A stretch of DNA of 62,377 bases, counting the filler. It is 5 parts of 5 records of this genome, joined end to end, with 100 filler letters (N's around TTAATTAATTAA, not from the genome) between each part and the next. Parts side by side here need not be neighbours in the genome. Positions count along the whole stretch, not along the records: positions 47,190 to 62,377 come from DRR723986_13600; 4 more parts are not named here. The stretch is one strand, 5' to 3'. Position 1 is the first letter of the stretch, and the number at the start of each line of letters is the position of its first letter. Positions 49,483 to 60,761 of the stretch are shown piece after piece. A program made the position numbers and the translations under genes. The notes beneath the pieces were generated by a model. The model was not told where the DNA came from and did no database searches. It saw nothing but the letters and a program-made list of their open reading frames with translations.

Positions 49483-50118
49483 CTATTTGAGACCCTTGCA
49501 AAGCAAAAAGGTTTCACGAGAACGATCGCGAGAAGCCTTGGGTTTGCGCGGCGATACGCTTTTAAATACCTGCTTCATCTGGTGCACGATGTTGCTGTAA
49601 GACGACCCGTGAAAAATCTTCACAATCAATGCCCCGTTGGGCTTTAGATGGTTCACCGCAAAATCAATGGCCAGCTCGCACACATGTTCAATTCGGGCTG
49701 AGTCAGCCGCAGCAACGCCGGACAGGTTAGGCGCCATGTCAGACACCACCAAGTCCAGTTTCTCTCCGCCCAAGCGCTGATTCAGGTCTTCAAGCACCGC
49801 TTCGTCGCGAAAATCCCCCTGAATGAACTCAACACCCGCAATTGGTTCCATTGGAAGCAGATCCAGTGCGATAATACGGCCATTGATGACACCGCCGGGC
49901 CCGACCAAGGCTTCCCGAAGCACCTGCGACCAACTTCCTGGCGCACTGCCCAGGTCGACGACTTTGATGCCTGGCTTCAACAACCCTTCCGGCTCTGCGA
50001 TTTCCTTCAATTTGAAGGCTGCACGGGCTCGATAACCCGCATTCGTGGCCATTTTCACGTAAGGGTCGTTGATGTGGTCATGCAACCAGTTTTTATTGAG
50101 TTTCTTCTTTTTAGCCAC
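49483..50118 (-). CDS. rlmE: 23S rRNA Um2552 methyltransferase
   Basis: [31 protein letters not shown]. Confidence 0.97.
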   Translation of the reverse strand: MAKKKKLNKNWLHDHINDPYVKMATNAGYRARAAFKLKEIAEPEGLLKPGIKVVDLGSAPGSWSQVLREALVGPGGVINGRIIALDLLPMEPIAGVEFIQGDFRDEAVLEDLNQRLGGEKLDLVVSDMAPNLSGVAAADSARIEHVCELAIDFAVNHLKPNGALIVKIFHGSSYSNIVHQMKQVFKSVSPRKPKASRDRSRETFLLCKGLK

Positions 50119-50146
50119 CGATTACCCAACCGAGTGAAAAATTAAT

Positions 50147-50518
50147 ATGACGGACACCACTGCTGTAACCCTGACACCCGCCGAGAAAAAGGCACTTAAA
50201 GCACAGGCCCATGCGTTGGATCCGGTGGTTCTGATTGGCGACAAGGGCTTAACACCCAATGTAGTCAAAGAAATCGACATGAACCTGAACGCGCACGGCC
50301 TGATCAAGGTACGCGTGGCTGGTGACGACCGGGAAGCCCGACTTGAGTATGCACAAACCATTTGCGATGAAACTGGTGCTGCACTGGTTCAACATATTGG
50401 CAAATTGCTGGTACTGTTCCGCCCCAAAGCGGAGGATTCAGAAAAGGCAAAAGCCAAAAGTCGCCCCAAGCCCAAAGGTCCACGCCAAACCAAACGTCAG
50501 TTTGTATCCAAAGACTAA
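50147..50518 (+). CDS. yhbY: CRM-domain RNA-binding protein YhbY
   Basis: AHALDPVVLIG, HGLIKVRV, VQHIGKLLVLFR. Confidence 0.93.
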   Translation: MTDTTAVTLTPAEKKALKAQAHALDPVVLIGDKGLTPNVVKEIDMNLNAHGLIKVRVAGDDREARLEYAQTICDETGAALVQHIGKLLVLFRPKAEDSEKAKAKSRPKPKGPRQTKRQFVSKD

Positions 50519-50519
50519 A

Positions 50520-51011
50520 TCAAGCCTTTGAGGCCAAGGCCGGCTTACTGTCTTTTGTGACACCAAACCGGCTCAGGCCCCACACCAGCGCCCCAATCAT
50601 TTTGACGGAATACAACACGCTTGAAATGGCATGCATGTTACCGAACTGGCTCCGCATTGCGGCCAGCTCGTCGCCTTGCAAACCAGCCATGGCTGCGCGC
50701 AGGGTATTCATGTAGGGCTGAAGCCACGCCAACTCAACCACGCTGACCGCCAAAATTACTGCCATCAGTATGTTGATACGCAGCCCAGCCCGCAATTCTC
50801 CGGCCAAATTCGACAGCACCAACAGCGCAGCGCTACTGACCAGAGAATACAAGGCCAGCATGTAAAACAAACGGCCAGCCACCAAACCCGCTTCGGGGCG
50901 CGGCAACCATTTGAACAAGCCCGGTGCAACCAGAATAGCCATGAACCACAAAGCCCCGAGCCAAATCGCCCAGAACGCCAGTTCCGCACTCCGAAAACCG
51001 CGCCAAGTCAT
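50520..51011 (-). CDS. DUF4149 membrane protein
   Basis: VAPGLF, AGLVAGRLF, FGNMHAISS; usual greA neighbour. Confidence 0.85.
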   Translation of the reverse strand: MTWRGFRSAELAFWAIWLGALWFMAILVAPGLFKWLPRPEAGLVAGRLFYMLALYSLVSSAALLVLSNLAGELRAGLRINILMAVILAVSVVELAWLQPYMNTLRAAMAGLQGDELAAMRSQFGNMHAISSVLYSVKMIGALVWGLSRFGVTKDSKPALASKA

Positions 51012-51039
51012 TGTGATTGCACCCCTTTTACAAAAACCA

Positions 51040-51516
51040 TCAGATGTATTTTACTTCCAGTACCTCGTATTCACGCAAACCGCCTGGCGCTTGAACATGA
51101 GCTACATCACCTTCGTACTTGCCAATCAGGGCACGTGCAATCGGGCTGGAAATCGAAATCAGACCAGCTTTGATATCAGCCTCGTCATCACCCACGATTT
51201 GATATTCCACACTGGCACCGGCTTCAATGTCTTCCAGTTTCACCGTGGCCCCAAACACCACACGGCCTTCCGCATCCACATTCGTGGGGTCAATAATCTG
51301 GGCGTTGCTCAGTTTGCCTTCAATTTCCTTGATCCGCCCTTCGATAAAACCCTGCTTTTCTTTTGCGGCGTCATATTCCGCATTCTCGGACAAATCGCCC
51401 TGTGCACGCGCCTCAGAAATGGCATTGATCACTGCGGGGCGATCAATGGTTTTCAAGCGATGCAATTCTTGTTTCAGCTTTTCAGCACCCTTAACGGTCA
51501 ATGGGATAGTGGCCAT
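51040..51516 (-). CDS. greA: Transcription elongation factor GreA
   Basis: [27 protein letters not shown]; start placed at ATG 51516. Confidence 0.97.
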   Translation of the reverse strand: MATIPLTVKGAEKLKQELHRLKTIDRPAVINAISEARAQGDLSENAEYDAAKEKQGFIEGRIKEIEGKLSNAQIIDPTNVDAEGRVVFGATVKLEDIEAGASVEYQIVGDDEADIKAGLISISSPIARALIGKYEGDVAHVQAPGGLREYEVLEVKYI

Positions 51517-51541
51517 AAATTCAGTTGTTCCTGCAAATGGA

Positions 51542-51578
51542 AAGCCGCCTGATAGCAAACATTGCTATGAGACGGCTT
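51542..51578 (-). terminator. Long hairpin between carB and greA (terminator or attenuator)
   Basis: Minus strand AAGCCGTCT-C-ATAGCAA-TGT-TTGCTAT-C-AGGCGGCTT followed by T. Confidence 0.6.
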
Positions 51579-51597
51579 AAAGGTTCAGACAGGCAGA

Positions 51598-54500
51598 TTA
51601 AGCAGAGAGTTCCGCATGCAGGCTTTGAACGCTGTAAACGTCCATTGCGCCGAGGTGTTTCATCCCCTCGACTGAAGCCAGTGCACCTGCCATGGTTGTA
51701 AAGATCGTAACACGAGAACTCAATGAAGTGGTTCGAATGTATCGGCTGTCGTTAATCGCGCTTCGGCGCTCCTCAACCGTATTTACCACCAACTGCACTT
51801 CACCGTTTTTCAGCATATCGACAATGTTCGGGCGACCTTCAAGCACCTTGTTCACCACGGTGCATTCAATACCGCCTTCTGCGATGGCTGCAGCCGTACC
51901 GCGTGTTGCGATGATCTTGAAACCCAGATCAACCAGACCTTTGGCCAGCTTCACAGTGTGCTTCTTGTCTTCGGTTTTCACGCTGATGAAGGCAGTGCCC
52001 CCCTCAGGCAACTTGACTGATGCAGCCAGCTGCGACTTCACAAACGCCTCACCGAAAGTGCGGCCAACGCCCATGACTTCGCCCGTGGACTTCATTTCTG
52101 GGCCCAAAATAGTGTCAACCCCGGGGAATTTCACAAAGGGAAACACGGCTTCCTTGACCGAGAAATATTTCGGTACAGGGATTTCAGTCACGCCTTGAGC
52201 AGCGAAGGTTTGACCAGCCATGCAGCGTGCAGCAATCTTGGCCAACTGCTTGCCTGTGGCCTTGGATACATACGGCACTGTGCGAGATGCGCGGGGATTC
52301 ACTTCCAGCACATACACGGTGTCGTTTTGAATCGCGAACTGAACATTCATCAAACCAATCACATTCAGGGCTTTGGCCATGAGTTCGGACTGACGTTTCA
52401 ATTCATTGACCATGTCGGCCGACAGGCTATACGGGGGCAAGCAGCAAGCAGAGTCGCCACTGTGCACACCCGCTTGTTCAATGTGCTCCATCACGCCACC
52501 GATCATCACGGTTTGGCCATCACACAGGGCATCTACGTCCACTTCAATCGCGTCGTTCAGGAAGCGGTCCAGCAGCACAGGGCTGTCGTTGCTCACCTTC
52601 ACGGCTTCGCGCATGTAGCGCTCGAGGTCTTTCTGCTCATGCACAATTTCCATGGCGCGGCCACCCAGCACGTAGCTTGGGCGCACCACCAATGGATAAC
52701 CAATTTCCTGGGCATGGGCTATCGCTTCGGCTTCAGTGCGCGCAGTGCGGTTCGGCGGCTGACGCAGGTTCAGCTTGGTCAGCAGCTTTTGGAAACGCTC
52801 CCGGTCTTCAGCGATGTCAATGCTTTCAGGGCTGGTGCCGATGATAGGCACACCGTTGGCTTCCAGTGATTTCGCCAGTTTCAGCGGGGTTTGACCACCG
52901 TACTGAACAATCACACCAACCGGCTTTTCAATGGCAACAATTTCAAGCACGTCTTCAAGTGTCAATGGCTCAAAGTACAGGCGATCGGAGGTGTCGTAAT
53001 CGGTAGACACGGTTTCAGGGTTGCAGTTGACCATGATGGTTTCATAGCCATCTTCGCGCAGTGCCATGGCGGCATGCACGCAGCAGTAATCAAACTCAAT
53101 ACCCTGACCGATTCGGTTCGGACCACCGCCCAGCACCATGATCTTTTTCTTGTCAGTGGGCGCAGCCTCACATTCCTCCTCATAGGTGGAATACATGTAA
53201 GCGGTGCCTGTCTTGAATTCGGCTGCACAAGTGTCTACGCGCTTGTACACGGGACGTACATTGTGCTGGTGACGCAGCTTGCGGATTTCAGCTTCCGACA
53301 CATCCAGCAAATACGCCAGGCGACGATCGGAGAAGCCCTTGCGCTTGAGCAAACGCAGCACAGGTTCGGACAGATCCGCCAGCGTTTTGGTTTCCAGCTC
53401 AAGTTCTGTGTCAACGATGTCTTGAATTTGAACCAGGAACCAACGATCAATTTTGGTCAACTGATGTACTTCTTCCAGGCTAAAGCCTTGGGCAAAGGCA
53501 TCACCTACATAAAAAATTCGCTCTGGGCCAGGCTCGCCCAATTCGCGTTCGATCACTTCACGATCGGTTGTTTTCTGGTTCAAACCATCCACGCCAACTT
53601 CGAGACCGCGCAGGGCTTTCTGGAAGCTTTCCTGGAAGGTGCGGCCCATGGCCATCACCTCACCCACACTCTTCATCTGTGTGGTCAGGCGATCGTCGGC
53701 GGTGGGGAATTTTTCGAATGCAAACCGCGGAATCTTGGTGACCACGTAGTCGATGGAAGGCTCGAACGACGCAGGGGTCAAGCCACCAGTGATGTCGTTT
53801 TTCAATTCATCGAGGGTGTAACCCACAGACAGCTTGGCCGCCACCTTGGCAATCGGGAAGCCGGTTGCCTTGGACGCAAGGGCAGACGAACGTGACACAC
53901 GCGGATTCATTTCGATCACGATCATGCGGCCATTGGCCGGGTTGATCGAGAACTGAACGTTAGAACCACCGGTATCCACGCCAATTTCGCGCAGAATGGC
54001 AATGGAAGCATTGCGCATCAACTGGTATTCGCGGTCGGTCAGGGTTTGTGCAGGCGCCACGGTAATGCTGTCGCCGGTATGCACGCCCATGGGGTCGAGG
54101 TTTTCGATTGAACACACGATAATGCAGTTATCGGCGCTGTCACGCACCACTTCCATTTCGTATTCTTTCCAGCCGATCAGGCTTTCTTCAATCAGCAATT
54201 CATTCGTGGGGGACGCCTCCAGACCGCGGCGGCAAATGGTTTCGAACTCTTCGGCGTTGTAGGCAATTCCGCCACCGGTTCCACCCAGGGTAAAGCTGGG
54301 GCGAATAATGACCGGGAAGCCGTTGCTGCCTACTTCTTTGGCAATTTTCGCCTGCACTTCCAGTGCTTCTTCCATGGAGTGCGCTACACCGCTCTTCGCA
54401 GAATCCAACCCGATGCTGGTCATGGCGTTCTTGAACTTCAAGCGGTCTTCAGCTTTCTCAATCGCTTCTTCTTTCGCGCCAATCAATTCGACATTGTACT

Positions 54501-54828
54501 TGGCCAGCACGCCATGCTTGGCCAAATCAAGCGCGCAGTTCAGCGCAGTTTGACCACCCATGGTGGGCAGCACGGCATCAGGACGCTCTTTCTCGATGAT
54601 TCGTTCAACAACCTGCCAGGTGATGGGTTCGATGTAGGTCACATCAGCCATTTCCGGGTCGGTCATGATGGTGGCAGGGTTGCTGTTGACCAGCACCACT
54701 TTGTAGCCTTCCTCGCGAAGTGCTTTACAGGCTTGGGCACCTGAGTAGTCAAATTCGCAGGCCTGACCAATCACAATGGGGCCAGCGCCGATGATCAGGA
54801 TTGTTTTTAGATCGTTACGCTTTGGCAT
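51598..54828 (-). CDS. carB: Carbamoyl-phosphate synthase large subunit
   Basis: [17 protein letters not shown], duplicated ATP-grasp, MGS domain. Confidence 0.99.
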   Translation of the reverse strand: MPKRNDLKTILIIGAGPIVIGQACEFDYSGAQACKALREEGYKVVLVNSNPATIMTDPEMADVTYIEPITWQVVERIIEKERPDAVLPTMGGQTALNCALDLAKHGVLAKYNVELIGAKEEAIEKAEDRLKFKNAMTSIGLDSAKSGVAHSMEEALEVQAKIAKEVGSNGFPVIIRPSFTLGGTGGGIAYNAEEFETICRRGLEASPTNELLIEESLIGWKEYEMEVVRDSADNCIIVCSIENLDPMGVHTGDSITVAPAQTLTDREYQLMRNASIAILREIGVDTGGSNVQFSINPANGRMIVIEMNPRVSRSSALASKATGFPIAKVAAKLSVGYTLDELKNDITGGLTPASFEPSIDYVVTKIPRFAFEKFPTADDRLTTQMKSVGEVMAMGRTFQESFQKALRGLEVGVDGLNQKTTDREVIERELGEPGPERIFYVGDAFAQGFSLEEVHQLTKIDRWFLVQIQDIVDTELELETKTLADLSEPVLRLLKRKGFSDRRLAYLLDVSEAEIRKLRHQHNVRPVYKRVDTCAAEFKTGTAYMYSTYEEECEAAPTDKKKIMVLGGGPNRIGQGIEFDYCCVHAAMALREDGYETIMVNCNPETVSTDYDTSDRLYFEPLTLEDVLEIVAIEKPVGVIVQYGGQTPLKLAKSLEANGVPIIGTSPESIDIAEDRERFQKLLTKLNLRQPPNRTARTEAEAIAHAQEIGYPLVVRPSYVLGGRAMEIVHEQKDLERYMREAVKVSNDSPVLLDRFLNDAIEVDVDALCDGQTVMIGGVMEHIEQAGVHSGDSACCLPPYSLSADMVNELKRQSELMAKALNVIGLMNVQFAIQNDTVYVLEVNPRASRTVPYVSKATGKQLAKIAARCMAGQTFAAQGVTEIPVPKYFSVKEAVFPFVKFPGVDTILGPEMKSTGEVMGVGRTFGEAFVKSQLAASVKLPEGGTAFISVKTEDKKHTVKLAKGLVDLGFKIIATRGTAAAIAEGGIECTVVNKVLEGRPNIVDMLKNGEVQLVVNTVEERRSAINDSRYIRTTSLSSRVTIFTTMAGALASVEGMKHLGAMDVYSVQSLHAELSA

Positions 54829-54887
54829 AACTTCCCTTTAATTTTAAAAATTTCAATACGGTTCAGACAGGTTTGCACAAATGCAGA

Positions 54888-56063
54888 TTAGGCTTTGGCT
54901 GCCTTGATGTCTGAAATAAAACGGTCGAACAGTTCTGCCAAATCGTGCGGACCTGGACTGGCTTCAGGGTGTCCCTGGAAGCAGAAGGCTGCACGGTCGG
55001 TGCGCTCTAGACCCTGAATGGACCCATCGAACAACGACACGTGGGTTACACGCAAATTGGCGGGCAATGAATCGGCGTCCACCGCAAAGCCATGGTTTTG
55101 GCTGGTAATGGCCACACGCTTGGTTTTCAAGTCTTGCACAGGGTGGTTAGCCCCGTGGTGACCGAACTTCATCTTCATGGTTTTGGCACCACTGGCCAAG
55201 GCCATCAACTGGTGCCCCAAGCAAATGCCAAAGACGGGCAGTTTGGTGTTGTCCAAAATATGCTTGATGGCAGAAATTGCATAGTCGCAGGGCTCGGGAT
55301 CACCAGGGCCGTTGCTCAAGAACACGCCATCGGGGTTCAAGGCCAACACTTTCTCCACCGGAGTTTGTGCGGGCACCACTGTGACTCGACAACCACGCTG
55401 AGCCAGCATGCGCAAAATGTTGCGCTTGGCACCATAGTCGAATGCCACCACGTGGTGAGGGCGCTCGCCAGTCTGAAAATGTGGTTCTTCGGACGCAACA
55501 CCCAAAGCCCATTCGCCTTCAACCCACTCATGTGCTTCCTTGCAGGAGACCACCTTGGCCAAGTCCATGCCAGCCAAGCCTGGAAAGCCTTTGGCCAGTT
55601 CGATGGCGCGCTCGGCGCTAAAGGTTTCGCCACTGCCTTCAGTCAGCAGGCAGCCATTCTGGGCGCCCTTTTCACGAAGAATACGCGTCAACTTTCGGGT
55701 GTCGATACCGGCAATGCCTGGCACGCCGTGCTTTTTCAGGTAATCCGCCAAAGGCATTGTTGAACGGAAGTTGGACACCAGTTCAGGCAGGTCTTTAATG
55801 ACCAGGCCAGACAGATGCAACCCGGCGGATTCTTCGTCCTGAGGGTTGGTACCAACGTTGCCGATGTGAGGATAAGTGAGGGTGACAATTTGGCGGCAGT
55901 AGGATGGGTCGGTGGCGATTTCTTGATAACCCGTAAGCGATGTATTGAACACCACTTCACCCACTTGCGTGGTAGGGGCGCCAAAAGAAATGCCCTCGAA
56001 TACTGTGCCGTCTGCGAGCGCGAGCAAGGCGCGCGGGTGGGCGCTTGCGACTAATTTCGACAA
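54888..56063 (-). CDS. carA: Carbamoyl-phosphate synthase small subunit
   Basis: [34 protein letters not shown] start after GGAG. Confidence 0.98.
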   Translation of the reverse strand: MSKLVASAHPRALLALADGTVFEGISFGAPTTQVGEVVFNTSLTGYQEIATDPSYCRQIVTLTYPHIGNVGTNPQDEESAGLHLSGLVIKDLPELVSNFRSTMPLADYLKKHGVPGIAGIDTRKLTRILREKGAQNGCLLTEGSGETFSAERAIELAKGFPGLAGMDLAKVVSCKEAHEWVEGEWALGVASEEPHFQTGERPHHVVAFDYGAKRNILRMLAQRGCRVTVVPAQTPVEKVLALNPDGVFLSNGPGDPEPCDYAISAIKHILDNTKLPVFGICLGHQLMALASGAKTMKMKFGHHGANHPVQDLKTKRVAITSQNHGFAVDADSLPANLRVTHVSLFDGSIQGLERTDRAAFCFQGHPEASPGPHDLAELFDRFISDIKAAKA

Positions 56064-56151
56064 GGGAAACTCCAATAGATGCGACAAAACACCCGGGGAC
56101 AAATAACACCCGCGCAGGCTTTTTGCCTAAGAATCATTCAGCTAGCCGAGA

Positions 56152-56195
56152 ATTATACCCGTAACGGCCGGGTTCGGCCACACCGAAGTGTGGCC
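56152..56195 (-). promoter_or_regulatory. carA -10 box (TATAAT) with upstream UUCG hairpin
   Basis: TATAAT on the minus strand at 56152-56157; GGCCACAC-TTCG-GTGTGGCC at 56176-56195. Confidence 0.5.
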
Positions 56196-56225
56196 TTGGG
56201 TGAACTTTGGCGTACTTTAAGAAAT

Positions 56226-57095
56226 TTACGCGCTTGACTGGCTTGAGATACGACGACCATACCAGCACAGCAAAGCAACTGTGACATACATCAACAAACC
56301 ATAAACAACAACCGGAACAGCAATTTCGGCATTGCCCAACAAAGACAGAGCAATGGTTAAACCCAAAGTTGAGTTTTTGACACACATCTCAATCGACACA
56401 GTCAAACTGTCCTGAGCGTTCAAACCGCTGAGTTTGCCACCCAGCAAACCCAAAGCAATTGCGGCCAAGTTCAGGGCAACCACCGGCATCCAGGCCTGCG
56501 CAAACCAGGCAGGCATGTTCTCGGATTCGCTCACACCGATCAACACAATGATGGCAACCAGCACAAACACTGCGAACTTGTTGATGGCAGGCTCGAACTT
56601 CTTGGACAACTCCGGCTTCTTGGCGCGAATGAACATGCCAATACACACCGGAATGATCACGATCACCATCATGGTAATGAGGGTTTGCAGAAAAGGCAGT
56701 TGCAACTCGGTATTGGCCCCCACAAACATGGGAAGTGCGTACGACATGTAAAAGGGTATGGTGAGCACAGTGAGCAGGCTGGCAATCACAGTCAGCGTGA
56801 TCGACAATGCAAGGTTGGCCTTGGCCATGTAAGTCAGCACGTTAGAGGTAGTACCGCCAGGCATGACCGCAGACAACACCAGGCCTGCCGCCATTACCCC
56901 ACCGCCAAAAAGACCACCAATGGCAAAGCCCAGCATGGGCACACCAACCAGTTGCAGCACCGTTCCCACGATGACGCCTTTGGGCTGCTCTTTGATACGT
57001 CGAAAATCTTCCACGGTCAGGCTTAAACCCATACCGATCATGATGATAAATAGGGAAACCGGTAAACCGATCGTGATGTAGGTGTTGCCGAGCAT
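56226..57095 (-). CDS. Bile acid:sodium symporter (BASS) family transporter
   Basis: IMIGMGLSL, PGGTTSN, ANLALS, EMCVKN. Confidence 0.92.
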   Translation of the reverse strand: MLGNTYITIGLPVSLFIIMIGMGLSLTVEDFRRIKEQPKGVIVGTVLQLVGVPMLGFAIGGLFGGGVMAAGLVLSAVMPGGTTSNVLTYMAKANLALSITLTVIASLLTVLTIPFYMSYALPMFVGANTELQLPFLQTLITMMVIVIIPVCIGMFIRAKKPELSKKFEPAINKFAVFVLVAIIVLIGVSESENMPAWFAQAWMPVVALNLAAIALGLLGGKLSGLNAQDSLTVSIEMCVKNSTLGLTIALSLLGNAEIAVPVVVYGLLMYVTVALLCWYGRRISSQSSA

Positions 57096-57173
57096 TGTGT
57101 CTCCGTAGGGTATTTTTTGTTGTTCAGCTAATGTAGCCCAAGCCAGAAAGTTTCGCTGTCAGCAAATTGACGT

Positions 57174-58121
57174 TTAATCTGCCTTTTTGAATTCTGTACG
57201 AACTATTTGCTCCAGAAAGTCGGCAACCACCCTGGTTTTCAATGACAACTGGCTGCTTAGGCCCGGTGGAAACACCAGATACATGGGCAAACCACCGGTG
57301 GCCGGATTGTCGCAATACCAATCTGAAAGAATTTCGACAAGTTCGCCGCGTGCCAACGCCCCATGCAGCATCCAGTCTGCACTTCGACCCAAACCCAAAC
57401 CCGCCTGAATGGCTCGCACCACCATCATGGGGCTGGAACAGGTGAGCCATGACATGACCCGGTGCTTTTGGCTGGGTTGCGCACCATTTTTCGGCCAGAA
57501 TTCCCATTCCTTTTGATCTCCCCGTTGAGAAAATGCAATGCACTGATGGTGAACCAGGTCAGCCGGCGTTTGCGGCACACCATGCTTTTCCAGATACGCA
57601 GGCGCGGCATACAACTTTCGCCAGATGGTCGCCACCTTGCGGGCCCGCAAGGTGGAGTCTTGCAGCACGCCCACTCGCAAAGCAATGTCAAAGCCTTCCT
57701 CCACGATCATGGCGTTTCGATTGGACAAATCGACCTGCAATTGCACATCGGGATATTTGGCGTGAAATTCGGGCAATCGGGGTGCCAGTATTTTTTCACC
57801 CACGATCACCGGAAGGCTGATACGAACGGTTCCGTGGGGTTGCCCGCTTTGCAGCTGCGTAATCGCATCGCGGGCCTCTTGCTGGCTTTCCAGCATGCGC
57901 TGGGCGTGAATTTTATAAATTTCGCCCGCCTCAGTAATTTTGACCTGCCGCGTGGTGCGGTTCAAAAGACGAATGTTTAAGTGAGCCTCTAACTGTGCAA
58001 TGGCCCGGCTGATACTGGACGGGTTTTCTCCCTTCAACTTGGCCGCAGCCGCAAAGCTGCCGGTGTTGACGACCATCAGGAAGGTTTCGGCCGCTTGAAG
58101 TTCATTAAAATTATTGCTCAT
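57174..58121 (-). CDS. LysR-family regulator (CrgA-like)
   Basis: GSFAAAA..ISRAIAQLE..LLNRTTR; EEGFDIALRVG. Confidence 0.95.
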   Translation of the reverse strand: MSNNFNELQAAETFLMVVNTGSFAAAAKLKGENPSSISRAIAQLEAHLNIRLLNRTTRQVKITEAGEIYKIHAQRMLESQQEARDAITQLQSGQPHGTVRISLPVIVGEKILAPRLPEFHAKYPDVQLQVDLSNRNAMIVEEGFDIALRVGVLQDSTLRARKVATIWRKLYAAPAYLEKHGVPQTPADLVHHQCIAFSQRGDQKEWEFWPKNGAQPSQKHRVMSWLTCSSPMMVVRAIQAGLGLGRSADWMLHGALARGELVEILSDWYCDNPATGGLPMYLVFPPGLSSQLSLKTRVVADFLEQIVRTEFKKAD

Positions 58122-58129
58122 GGTGCAAT
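58113..58129. promoter_or_regulatory. LysR recognition box
   Basis: ATTGC-N7-GCAAT dyad (T-N11-A) overlapping the LysR start codon. Confidence 0.7.
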
Positions 58130-58211
58130 GGTGTAATTCGATATCGGTAGTTTATTTGCACAATGTACATCAATACCATGACTTCACACCATCTCAAAAG
58201 GAGTGTGAATC

Positions 58212-58460
58212 ATGAATGAATGGCCCGAAAACCTCACTGGCCTGGACCTGAACTGGAACCTGTTTGAAACCGCAAACAAGGCACTCAGGACAACATTAAT
58301 TTTGCTCATTATTTTGGCTGGCATTGGCCTGGCTCAAGCGACCGAGTTACCCACCGTGCTGGTGACCGAAACCACTGAATGGCCAGACTTCTCAGGCTGG
58401 TTTTCCGATGGCGCTGTTGGCGGATTTGACGCTGCAGGTGCCGGCATTGGAGGTTGGTAA
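58212..58460 (+). CDS. Small exported peptide divergent from LysR
   Basis: AGGAG RBS; hydrophobic core with AQA cleavage site; 82 aa. Confidence 0.65.
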   Translation: MNEWPENLTGLDLNWNLFETANKALRTTLILLIILAGIGLAQATELPTVLVTETTEWPDFSGWFSDGAVGGFDAAGAGIGGW

Positions 58461-58462
58461 TG

Positions 58463-58852
58463 CTACTTGAACTGTTGTGGCGGCCAGCGCCACCAAGCTG
58501 CCACAACAACGAGGGCAAACAGGGTGTAGGCCAAGGCAAACACCCAGCCCGGCGCCTCATAGAACATGACCCCATGAACCCAGTGTTGAATGAAGCTGCC
58601 TTGATAAACACCCTGCCCCGCCTGAAGGCGCAACCAGTTTTCAAGCGTGGTGAGCGGGCATTCAATGCCCAGCCAGCTTTCAAAAACAACCACTGAGATT
58701 GCGAGAAGGTGCAAGACCCTGAACCACCAGTGGTTTACCCAAGGCCAACGTAACAGGTTGCCAAACACAATCAGCAGCAAACCTCCCACCACAAACAGCA
58801 CAATCGCAAAGTGGATCAAGAGTACGAAGTCGGCAACATGTGAATAGTTCAT
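58463..58852 (-). CDS. DUF2784 membrane protein
   Basis: ADFVLLIHFA..LFVVGG, HL, CPLTTLENWLR, FIQHW. Confidence 0.9.
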   Translation of the reverse strand: MNYSHVADFVLLIHFAIVLFVVGGLLLIVFGNLLRWPWVNHWWFRVLHLLAISVVVFESWLGIECPLTTLENWLRLQAGQGVYQGSFIQHWVHGVMFYEAPGWVFALAYTLFALVVVAAWWRWPPQQFK

Positions 58853-58867
58853 GCTGGCAGCATAAAC

Positions 58868-58895
58868 AAAAAGCCCCTCGATGTGAGGGGCTTTT
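58868..58895 (-). terminator. Intrinsic terminator after acyl-CoA dehydrogenase
   Basis: AAAAGCCCCTC/GAGGGGCTTTT. Confidence 0.88.
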
Positions 58896-58919
58896 CAATG
58901 GTTGAACTACTTGGGCTAT

Positions 58920-60725
58920 TTAGAAATTGGCAACGGCCATTTCTGTGATGCCTTGGTAACCATTCACAATGCTGTCGCGCAAACCAGGCACGGTGTTCAA
59001 CACGTGATCGGCAAAGAAACGGGAAGTCAGAATCTTGTCGCTGTAGAAACTGTCTGTTTCGCCAGCCTTGATCTTGGCTTCCGCGGCCAACAGCGCGCGC
59101 GCCATTTGCCAACCAGCCACTGTGGTACCTGCCAGCTTCAGGTAAGGTACCGAACCAGCGAACACAGCATTCGGATTGCTCTTCATGTTGTCAACTACAA
59201 ATTGCGCTGCATCGAGGAAGGAAGCGCGAGCCGCATCCAGACGAGCTGCCACTGCTTTGGCGTGCGCAGAACCGGATTCATTGAGCTGAACCACAGTGCG
59301 TGCAATTTCAGCACACAACGCTTTGACCATGGCACCACCGTCTCGCGATGTTTTGCGACCCACCAGGTCGTTGGCTTGAATCGCTGTTGTGCCCTCGTAA
59401 ATGGTCAGGATTTTTGCATCGCGGTAATACTGCGCTGCGCCTGTTTCTTCAATGAAACCCATGCCGCCATGCACCTGTACACCCGTGGATGTCACATCGA
59501 TGCTCATTTCTGTGGACCAGCCTTTGACCAGCGGCACCATGAATTCATACACAGCCATGTTCTGTTTGCGCGTGGCCTCATCAGGGTGGAAATGCGCGGC
59601 ATCATAAGCAGCGCCTGCAACACAAGCCATGGCGCGTGCGGCTTCAACTTGAGAGCGCATACTCATCAACATGCGCTTCACATCGGGGTGGTTGATAATG
59701 GCCACGGCTTCGTTGGAAGAACCATCGACTGGACGGGATTGCACACGGTCGTTCGCATACTGCACGGCTTTTTGATAGGCACGCTCGGCCAAACCGATGC
59801 CCTGAACACCCACCTGAAAACGGGCGGCGTTCATCATCACGAACATATATTGCAAGCCCTTGTTTTCTTCACCAACCAAATAACCGATTGCGCCCTGGCC
59901 TACTTCACCTTTGTTGTCGCCATACAGCAGCACCGCAGTTGGAGAGGCCTTGATGCCCAGCTTGTGTTCGATGGATGCGCAGTACACATCGTTGCGCTTG
60001 CCCAGGCTTCCATCTTCATTCACCAGGAACTTGGGCACGACAAACAGGCTGATACCCTTCACGCCTTCAGGCGCATCGGGGGTGCGGGCCAGCACCAGGT
60101 GCACGATGTTCTTGGCCATGTCGTGTTCACCGTAGGTGATGTAAATTTTCTGGCCAGAAATGCGGTAAGTGCCGTCGCCTTGCGGCACGGCCTTGGAACG
60201 CACCAGCGCCAGGTCTGAACCAGCCTGTGGCTCGGTCAGGTTCATGGTGCCGGTCCATTCGCCGGAAATCATTTTGGGAATGTAAGTTTCTTTCAGTTGC
60301 TGGCTACCTGCTACCAACAACGCCTCAATGGCACCATCGGTCAGCAGTGGGCACAGCGCAAAGCTGAGGTTGGAGCCGTTGACCATTTCCATGCAGGGGG
60401 TTGCCACCACTTTGGGCAAACCTTGACCACCGAACTCGGTGGGGTGCTGAAGGCCTTGCCAGCCTTGCTCGCCGAAGGCTTTGAATGCCTCCTTGAAGCC
60501 TTTGGCTGTGGTTACAACGCCGTCCTTCCAGTTGGCGGCCTCTACGTCGCCCGACCAGTTCAGTGGCGCGACCACTTCGCTGGTGAACTTCGCATTTTCA
60601 TTCAGAACCGCATCCACGGTTTCCTCGGTTGCATCCTCACAACCTGGCAACTGGGATACCTGATCCAAGCCGGCCAATTCTTTCAAGACAAACATCATGT
60701 CTTTGACTGGGGCGTTGTAACTCAT
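58920..60725 (-). CDS. Acyl-CoA dehydrogenase (long, DmdC-like family)
   Basis: GTMNLTEPQAGSDL, EHKLGIKASPT, QVHGGMGF, IYEGTTAIQ. Confidence 0.95.
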   Translation of the reverse strand: MSYNAPVKDMMFVLKELAGLDQVSQLPGCEDATEETVDAVLNENAKFTSEVVAPLNWSGDVEAANWKDGVVTTAKGFKEAFKAFGEQGWQGLQHPTEFGGQGLPKVVATPCMEMVNGSNLSFALCPLLTDGAIEALLVAGSQQLKETYIPKMISGEWTGTMNLTEPQAGSDLALVRSKAVPQGDGTYRISGQKIYITYGEHDMAKNIVHLVLARTPDAPEGVKGISLFVVPKFLVNEDGSLGKRNDVYCASIEHKLGIKASPTAVLLYGDNKGEVGQGAIGYLVGEENKGLQYMFVMMNAARFQVGVQGIGLAERAYQKAVQYANDRVQSRPVDGSSNEAVAIINHPDVKRMLMSMRSQVEAARAMACVAGAAYDAAHFHPDEATRKQNMAVYEFMVPLVKGWSTEMSIDVTSTGVQVHGGMGFIEETGAAQYYRDAKILTIYEGTTAIQANDLVGRKTSRDGGAMVKALCAEIARTVVQLNESGSAHAKAVAARLDAARASFLDAAQFVVDNMKSNPNAVFAGSVPYLKLAGTTVAGWQMARALLAAEAKIKAGETDSFYSDKILTSRFFADHVLNTVPGLRDSIVNGYQGITEMAVANF

Positions 60726-60761
60726 TGTCGTCTCCTGATACAGCTTTGCGTTTTGTGTCGT

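Noticed and set aside
50119-50146. Very short divergent rlmE/yhbY spacer
   Set aside because: The divergent rlmE-yhbY arrangement is widely conserved; nothing new.
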